NCBI GenBank assembly: GCA_937625935.1
Contig: OW569358.1
Location: 372,001 to 436,000 of the forward strand
DNA length: 64,000 bases
DNA from: Tetramitus jugosus
Taxonomy: Eukaryota > Protista > Heterolobosea
Direction of reading: 5' to 3'
The notes under the pieces are model-generated. The model searched no databases. It saw nothing but the letters and a program-made list of their open reading frames with translations, and was not told the origin of the DNA. A program made the translations under genes and the position numbers. Positions 56,072-64,000 of this stretch are shown one piece after another. Each line of letters starts with the position of its first letter. The stretch's first letter is position 1.

Positions 56072-57395
56072 ATGGGCACTCCTCCTTCCAGAAAACAACA
56101 AAAAAGAACTTCTTTTGGAATTGTTGTTGGCATGAAATTGCATCTGGTTGAATGTTCCCAAGATTTTGAGAACTGGAGTACAAACACTCCAGCAAGTCAC
56201 GATGGTATAAAGTCCCGAGTGCCAACTCACAGTTACCAATGTGGAAACTCATGGTGCTTCTTGGATGATGTTGATCTACCTCAACGTAAGAGGTATGAAC
56301 TGGATATGGAGAAGAAAAAGTGGGTTGGAGTGGAAGAGTTTGAACCGTTCCATCTTTGTGCATCGTAAGTATAAGTGCATATGATGAACATTGAAGTTGG
56401 TTTACTTGCTGAAGAACTCACATTTGTTCAATTAATGTTGTAAAAGAGGATCGCATACCATTGTGTCTGCTGGAAATGGAATAGCGTATTGGTTCGGTGG
56501 ATCCGGAAGCTTATTCGGATCACCAATGCAGGATGTTCTAGAGCTTGATCCTTTGCAGGACAAGGAGTGGTGTTTGGTTCAACCTCGTGTTCCTTTTTCA
56601 TCGATTGTTAGTGATGGCAAACTTCCTGTTTGTGGCGGTGACCACCCTGGTTTAGAGTACTGCACATCTACGAAACCCACGGAAGATGATGGCCTGGAAT
56701 GCTCCATTGATGATCCTGATGTGAATCATAATGATGGTGGCGGAGCCGCCTACAGTGGAGGGCCTTGTTTATTGGTATTTGGAGGATACGATACAGGAGA
56801 CGGCATTTATTTCAATGGTCTCTATCGCTTTGATATTCAATCGAAATCATGGTCCAAATTGGATTCAGTTGTCAAACCGAGTGGTCGATCCCATTCAACC
56901 TTGGTTCACTTGGCAAGTCAACAAAAGTTGCTCATGTATGGTGGAAGAGGTGCACGCAATGCGACTTTTGATGATCTGTGGATATTCGACCTCAGCAAAC
57001 AGAAAAAGGGCTGGCAAAGAGTGACTGCAACAGGAGCAGCACCCAATTGCTCGAATACAACGGTGGTTGTCTTCAAGGGTTCGAAACCAAAGATCCTCGT
57101 GTTGAGAGAGGATCCAACAACAAAAGAGATACTGTTATATTTCTTGGATTGCTTGACCTTGCACTGGACTGCGTTCAACTCTCATATTCGAATGGAACTG
57201 AAATTTGCTTCCATTTTCCAACCAAAGGAATCAGAGGTTGTCGATGGAATTCATTTCTTTCTCTACTTGGCTGCGTCTCAGGGCGAAGCACGCATCTATT
57301 TTGTTTCCTTGAAGAGCAACAGCGTGCCACTCAAGTTGTATGAGACATCACTCCACAGACACTTGTGCGATATTACAATTGAATGCCAATCTTAA
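56072..57395 (+). CDS. Kelch-repeat protein (spliced)
   Basis: YWFGG, LVFGG, PSGRSHS, LMYGG...DLWIFD. Confidence 0.75.
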
Positions 57396-57512
57396 TGAAT
57401 CTAATGTTCGATAGTACGCAAACATATCATTTAATCCTGTTGATCTTGTGCAGTGCTGAATCGATGAGAGCTGTACAGCCAATAAGCAAAAGTTTTATTT
57501 CTCTCCTCATGC

Positions 57513-59123
57513 TTACTTTTTGTGGCGTCTATAGTGCAAAACTGGGACACCTGGAGCGACAGCTTGAGCTTCGATGGCAGCTTCATCGACACCCTTCTTG
57601 ATTAAGAAGTATCCGTCCATACCCCAGTCAGCTCCCCAACTGTTCTTAGCAATCCAGTACTTGGTGTCTGTTTCCTTGTCAACACCCCAGCCAACAATGG
57701 CAACAGAGTGAGTGGTAGCCTCAAAATCGTTCACAGCATCCTTGCTTCTCACCTTTTCGGCCTTCACATTCGAGTAAATACCATTTTCATAGTACTTGAA
57801 ATCGGAGTAAACTTGATAGCTGACAGGGATTGGACCATTGGTATAAATCTCTCTCATCATCAATTCTTCAGTGTTACCAGCACCATAGAATCCACCAATG
57901 TATTGATAGTCACCATTGACGGTGACACGGAGTCTTGGGTTCTTACACTTGAGGGAGCATGGGACACCAGCATCACCCTTGTATGGGAAGCAATCTTCAG
58001 TCACAAGAGAGAAGTCATTGGTTTGCTTGCCAACAAGGAATGGGAAGCCACCGCTGCACTTTTGATTGTAGGCAGAACAGCTGACCACATCCTGAGGTGC
58101 CAAAATTGCTTGTTCCTTGTTCTTGGTCAAGATACGGATTCTGGATTCAAAGGCAGCCAATGTAGCAAATGTATAGCAAGAGCCACATGAGCCTTGATCA
58201 CGAACTGGTGACACATAATTGACACCAGAAACGTTTCTCCAGTCCCAGCTCTCTGGCAATGATGACACAGAGATATCAGACATGGATTCTGCTTGTCTTT
58301 GTTGCTTCTTGTTCTTCATCTTGTTCAAGTATTGGTTGAGATTGACATTTGGAGCCATACCATTGTAGGCCTTAATCTGTCCATTGGTCAACTTCTCAAA
58401 TCGCTTGTAAGCCTTTGCTTTCCACAAGCTTTGCTTCTCGTTGATCAATCGGATCAATTTGGCATCATTCTTGAACAATTTGGAGTCTTCCGACAGAGTC
58501 ATGGACGCAGAATCAGACAGAGCATGAGTGTTCAATTCCTTGTGCTCCTCAGGGTTCTCATAGAGCTTCATATTCACTGGCAAATCAGTCACAGTATCCG
58601 ACTCTTTCTTGTTCATCTTTCTTGCATAGTAGCAACCGAATGAAACAGCACCAGTTTTTCTCTCTGTTCTCTCATACCATCCAAAATTGGTCTCTGCACA
58701 AAAACTAGTAATCATATCACTGCCCTCATGCCTTGTAAAATTATTGTAAGCAAAAAACTTGTAATTCTCCGCCGTGAACTCAAATCCTTGATCGTAGACC
58801 ATGGTCCAAGCACCCAACACACTTCTCTTTGCCGCACCACTCTCCTTCAAGAAACGAGTGACTACATTGGGCGATTGCAATGAAACGGCCATTGTTTGAT
58901 GGAAGACAAAAGAGAGAGGAGTGAGATCTTGACACTTCAATGGACGTTTGGCAAGCTTATTGGCAGAAGACATGAGAATGAGCCAATCTCCCTTAATTTG
59001 CTTGTGTTCACAGTGAAGAGGCAAATCAGCCCGAGTCGTCGTGGCAGTAAACAGCAACAGCAATAGACTGCAGAGTAGACTCAAGAGCAAACAAGAATGT
59101 ACGTTGTTGTTGTTGTTTGTCAT
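57513..59123 (-). CDS. CTSC: Cathepsin C (dipeptidyl peptidase I)
   Basis: Signal peptide, DLP.HC and WTMVYDQGF exclusion domain, QGSCGSCY, HSV, KNSWG. Confidence 0.93.
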   Translation of the reverse strand: MTNNNNNVHSCLLLSLLCSLLLLLFTATTTRADLPLHCEHKQIKGDWLILMSSANKLAKRPLKCQDLTPLSFVFHQTMAVSLQSPNVVTRFLKESGAAKRSVLGAWTMVYDQGFEFTAENYKFFAYNNFTRHEGSDMITSFCAETNFGWYERTERKTGAVSFGCYYARKMNKKESDTVTDLPVNMKLYENPEEHKELNTHALSDSASMTLSEDSKLFKNDAKLIRLINEKQSLWKAKAYKRFEKLTNGQIKAYNGMAPNVNLNQYLNKMKNKKQQRQAESMSDISVSSLPESWDWRNVSGVNYVSPVRDQGSCGSCYTFATLAAFESRIRILTKNKEQAILAPQDVVSCSAYNQKCSGGFPFLVGKQTNDFSLVTEDCFPYKGDAGVPCSLKCKNPRLRVTVNGDYQYIGGFYGAGNTEELMMREIYTNGPIPVSYQVYSDFKYYENGIYSNVKAEKVRSKDAVNDFEATTHSVAIVGWGVDKETDTKYWIAKNSWGADWGMDGYFLIKKGVDEAAIEAQAVAPGVPVLHYRRHKK

Positions 59124-59512
59124 TATTTGGAGTATGTTGGTTATGTATGTATGAGTGAACAAACGAACACGTTTTTTTGTTTGCGAATAAAATGGATGTT
59201 TTTTGGAAACTTGCACGACCGTCGGCACAAAAAGCTCACGTGGGATTTCTCCGTTGACATCCAAAAGCACATATCTCATTTTTCTGCCACATGACCCACA
59301 GGTCAAAGAGGATTAAAGAGGATTGGGTGAACGAGTTGCCAATAGGCAACTTTGTGGGAAGAAAGCTGTGGGTGTTCAACAGAACTCCAACTTGATTTCT
59401 TCATTTTGTTCCCGCCTTTTGCTCGTTTATCGAAAAACTACAACACGGCGAAATTATCAAAAACTGGCGTTAGGAGCTAGAAACGTACTTTGATCTCCGC
59501 ATTAGTGAAGAA

Positions 59513-62029
59513 ATGTCGAAGGAATTAGCTACAAAGTCATCCATGGATTCCTCTGTTCGCACAGGATACATGACAGAGGATCAATTGGCAGATTATTTAA
59601 CTCGAATGGATGGAAATGTTTCGAAACCTGAAGTGGAGTACATGTACTTGTCAAGACGTAGACAGTCTCTAGATATGGTACGTAATGATGTGTTTTTGTG
59701 TTGGTGAATTGGATACTGGGAGAGTGCGCCTTAACTGTTGTTGCTTCTTCTTCCGTTGAACAGAAGACAAATTCGGATCGTATGAGTGGAGTCACTCAAC
59801 ATGCTCAAACTATGATGCTCTCAGCGAATAATTGCTTTAATCCCTATCCATTCAAGGTGGTAATCCTGGGAGATGGTATGTCATTATTGATCAAAGACTC
59901 CAATTCTATGAACGACCATTCGTTATTTACCTGCTGTGTTTACGATTAGAATCCATCTCTGGGAAGCAGGAGATTTTTCATTTATTTACTCTGCTTGACA
60001 TCATCAAGAAGAATTCAAATGCTCTCGATTTTACTCAGTTGCCTCCATGTGACATTCAAACACAGATTTTGCAATTTAAGGACACTGAAACGAACTCGAC
60101 AAAGAACTATGCTCTTGAATTGTTTTTACCTCAATGTGAGCAGGAGTATGATTCATTGAGATCTTTGTTCTTTCCTGCAGCAGATGTTTTCATTGTTATT
60201 TTCAGTATAAAGAGCTACGGCTCACTGATGGAAGCCAAAAGTCGGTATTTACCTGAGGCCCGCCGTTTTATTGACGAACACTCAAAGGTAAGTGCATTCC
60301 AGTAGATGAACGAATTATTTTATGAATGAAGTATTCACTGTTATCCGACGTTGAGTTGGGAGATATTCCAATTGTTTTAGTAGGCAACCATACCGAAATA
60401 AGAGATGATAGAGAGTATCGAGGAGAGATAGTGGATTCACAAGACGCAGTTGAAGTAGCGCAAGAGTTTCAAGTTTCGAAATACATCGAAGTATTCTCTG
60501 AGAACTTGTTTCATGTACAAGAAATCTTCCAGCAAACAGTACATGCGATCAATGCATTCCATGCAAATACATCCATAAGGGAGGAAGAAAGAAAGAGATA
60601 CAACGCATATGAAGACAATTATTTTAGAGGCTTGCTTACCGTACCGACACCGGAGGGAGAGTTTGATCAGTTTGAAAAAACTTTTGAGATTAATACTCTT
60701 GAAGGAGTTGATTATTTTTACACTTTTGACGATGAAGACCCCAACAAGTTGAGTAAGAGATATTCTTCAGCCATTAAGATTCAGCGACCATTTCCACGAT
60801 TAATCAAGGTTATTGCAATTGAACGATGCAAGTTCGCGAGCGAGATATCCAGATTTGAAATTCCCCTAGAAAGCAATGAACCTACCTGTTACTTTGATCC
60901 AATAACGAAAGGCTTTCACATACACTCCGAGGCTAATACTGCTTATTTCTTAACAATTGATGGATCGAAACCTAACAGCAGCTCTATGATATATTCCGAC
61001 CCTGGTTTATTTTTTGATGATCTACCCAACTATTGCTTTGGTGATAATCCCAAAGTCCCTCAAACAATCAGAGTTGTTGCAGTGGAGCAAAATCGATTTA
61101 AGAGCAAATGTATCACATTTAAACCATTTGAAATATTATCTCCTCCCGTGGTTCACTATAGTGAGAATATGTTGCGAATTGACACGATCCCTGGAATAGT
61201 GTACAAGTATACACTAGATGGAAGTCTGCCCAATTTTAATTCTCTGACATACTCCAGACCTATCATGCTCTCCAGGACTTCTGACATGAGAGCAATTAAA
61301 GTGGCAGCATTTCCGAAGTTGTATTTTAGTAGTAAGTACGTCGAAATTCCTATTCCTCAATCGACATCTCCAGTTAAGAGCCAAACACCACAACCAACTG
61401 TCCGTATGACTAAAGCTGTTCTCCAAAGAATACAACACTCTGCCAACTCAACGAACCAGAAGACTGCCCAAGCTCAAGCACTCACATCTCCAAAGAAGAA
61501 AGCGTCACCTCCACGGAGCACTCGATCCAAATCTATCCCTCCTCAAGCCAAGAAACCTCTCGTTGTACCTCCTAAGGAGACAACAAAGCTACCACCCAGA
61601 AAAGTAGTAAATAAGGATGTTTCTCCTCCTGCTGAAAAATACATGAGGGACACCACAACCAATACGAACACTCTCGAGGAGGTCCAACCTGCTAAGGGTT
61701 GTCGATGCACTTGCAAAGCAGAGGGTACGAAGGTAGAATTCATTTTCGAGAAACATGTTCTTGTGAATCGTATGATCATTAAAACACCCGGAGATAGGAA
61801 TGGACCTGAGGGTTATGAAGTCTTCATGATCGAAGAACCAAGTGGTAAGATGGTGAAAATTGGAAGTGGACCTCTGGAAGACGAACCAACAGAACAGATT
61901 ATATTCATGCATGAGTCATTCTTGAAGCAGAATAAGAAGGTGAAGAAGATAGTGTGCGTGTTTTCCACACCAAAAGGTCAATCAGCTTTTAAGATTCTTG
62001 ATATGAAGGTAGATTACCGAGTGGCCTAA
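59513..62029 (+). CDS. Multi-exon protein: degenerate Rho-like GTPase domain + three Fn3-associated/chitobiase-like repeats
   Basis: FKVVILGD, QEYDSLRSL.FP.ADVF...FS, IPIVLVGN; YFYTFDDEDP, YFLTIDGSKP, YKYTLDGSLP. Exon structure is approximate. Confidence 0.65.
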
Positions 62030-62058
62030 CTCAAAATAAAAAGAAATTTAAAAGCTAT

Positions 62059-62130
62059 TGAGGAGTGAGCGAATTGAACGCCCGACCTGCTGATCTGGAG
62101 TCAGATGCTCTACCGCTGAGCTAACCCCCC
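62059..62130 (-). tRNA. trnW: tRNA-Trp (CCA)
   Basis: GGGGGGTTAGCTCAGCGGTAGAGCATCTGACTCCAGATCAGCAGGTCGGGCGTTCAATTCGCTCACTCCTCA. Confidence 0.92.
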
Positions 62131-62330
62131 ATTCCATGATATTTAGGATTCGGAAATCGGCCCGATTTTTTTAGATACGATCCGGTCTTGCAAAAGAGAA
62201 TGAACGTGCAATCGCATCCCTGATCTGAAACTCATGAAGGATTACCATAACAACGTTGTTAAGTGATGTTGCGGTTTACAAACTATTTTAACTGTTCTTT
62301 GTTGTCGCGAAATTCTTCTTCGAACAAGAA

Positions 62331-64000
62331 ATGGATTCAATTAACCCTGAAACGATCAATGAAGTTTTAACCAGGACTTTGCTGAGAGCGAAGAAGGATC
62401 TCAAAGAGCTTGCTCGTCTCAAGAAGAAAGAACTCGGACCCAAGTCAGCTCTCTACACTCAGACATTTCTCGATGATGTCAAACAGGTGATGTAAGTAGA
62501 CTACTCTCTCAGAATGAAAATCATATTGAAACCAACAAATCTTTGGTTAACTTTCTGTAATTGTTAGTCAGGAGGTAGGTGACGAAGAAAAGAATGAATC
62601 GGAAGAGAGAATCAGTTTCATCAAGAAGAGAGGTCACTCCGGAGATCTGTCGAACATTCAATTCTCGGATAATCAAGCAATTAATCAGCTCACGGTAAGA
62701 ATTCACTTTGGTCATTGTTGTTATCACCTCACAGTCACTCTTATCAACACTCCTCTCCACAACAAAATTCAATACAGGAACAATTGTTAGAGAAGGAAAA
62801 TGAGTTGAAGAGAAAAACACTAACTGCTCTCAATTTGAAAGAAATATTTGCTCGGTCTCGTAATCTGTATGAACATGTTCCCTGTTTTCACTACTTCTAT
62901 TCTTGAACTGTGACTCACATCTATATTTCTCTCTTTTAACTCAAGTATTGAGCATTTATGGACCGAGATGCATATTCCACCAAATGAAGCTGCTGAATTT
63001 GCCAAAAAGTACTTTTATCCAGAAACAATCATGAACTATGTGATCATGTTCCAAGAGATTTCCAAGCTATCAAAAGTTAGAGGTATCCAGCATCAAGTAT
63101 TAACCTTGATCGAACAACGAGAAGCATACATTCTGAGACTGCGACAGATCTCACAGCAACTACTTACCAACAAGCGAAGTTCTAACTCATTCTACGAAAC
63201 GACACTGATATCGAACGAAGTACCTGATATCATTCAAAACATAAGAGAAATTACCATACAGATTATTTTGGCAATAATGAGGTGGAGAGATAAGTTGACG
63301 AGGAGGCAGCCATTTACTTACAACTCTCAAAACTATATCATCAAGATGAGAAACGACTTGGATTTCTTGAAGATGACACCATTAGGACCGCATATGGAGA
63401 AAACATTCCCTTTGGAGAGCAATCCACTATTACTGCCAATGATTCATATCAATGAACGATTCACTTCATCTCTAAGTGTAAGTACTGGCAACCAGCAAAG
63501 CAAATTTTCTAAACCCTTAATGAATACCTCCACAAAATCCTTGAAACAGAGTGTGAATACATCGATCGTTGTCAATTCGAGCATTGTTCTCTTTGAACCC
63601 AATCATAGTAAGAATGTCATCCCGAATAATAGCAACATCATCCAAACAAAGAACTCTCAACTCTTGAAGTCATTAGAAGATCGAGGGGAGAAGTTCATCG
63701 AAGATTGTATTAGGGTGGATCGAGTAATCTTTGTAGGTGAGGACAAATTTCTAAATGAAATGATGGAACTGGAGATTAAAGAGCAAGCAGCAACTAAGAT
63801 TCAATGCTTTGTTCGTTTGTACATGGCAAAGAAGATTGCTCGACAATTGAGAAGAGAGAAGAACATCAGATATCGGAAGATTCAGGAGGTAGTTCAACCC
63901 ATCTCTGCGAGACAAACTGTTTCCGATGATCAATTGCAAGATGAAGAGGAAGACGCCATGATGACTCGATTGGAATCTCGATCAAATGGTGACATGGTAG
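62331..64000 (+). CDS. Multi-exon IQ-motif protein, runs off window
   Basis: ATG 62331, a long open frame after ~62950, and AATKIQCFVRLYMAKK near 63790. Confidence 0.6.

Noticed and set aside
59333-59350. GTTGCC-AATA-GGCAAC palindrome resembling an RFX X-box
   Set aside because: The spacer is longer than consensus, it is a single occurrence, and RFX presence in this organism is unknown.
1-64000. CRISPR array or rRNA
   Set aside because: No regularly spaced repeat-spacer units or rRNA signatures seen; CAA/GAT tracts are simple microsatellites.

Overview
Compact, intron-containing eukaryotic genome segment. It has short GT-AG introns, A/C-rich UTRs and dense convergent/divergent genes. The style suggests a free-living protist such as a heterolobosean, but that is inference. 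About 50 kb is housekeeping sequence: WDR75, coactosin, ethanolamine kinase, Sgf11, mL58, PSMG4, MCMBP, RABGGTB, TAT, a selenocysteine thioredoxin reductase with a clear SECIS, tandem Cox17, AASS, NUBP2, HOP2, cathepsin C and others, plus tRNA-Ala and tRNA-Trp. The exception is a ~13.5-kb mobile-element island (~6950-20450) built around three tRNA genes (Asn, Lys, Asn). (1) Stacked poly(A)-tailed LINE-like elements sit 55-59 bp upstream of both tRNA-Asn genes and point away from them; one has a 21-bp TSD. (2) A MULE transposon with TIRs and a 7-bp TSD lies 36 bp upstream of one tRNA-Asn. (3) An unusual cassette pairs a DIRS-like reverse transcriptase with a divergent T5orf172/GIY-YIG gene. It abuts the tRNA-Lys 3' end, is flanked by a 12-bp duplication of that tRNA end, and has an internally deleted sister copy next to it. 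Cassette (3) is the best candidate for an undescribed system.
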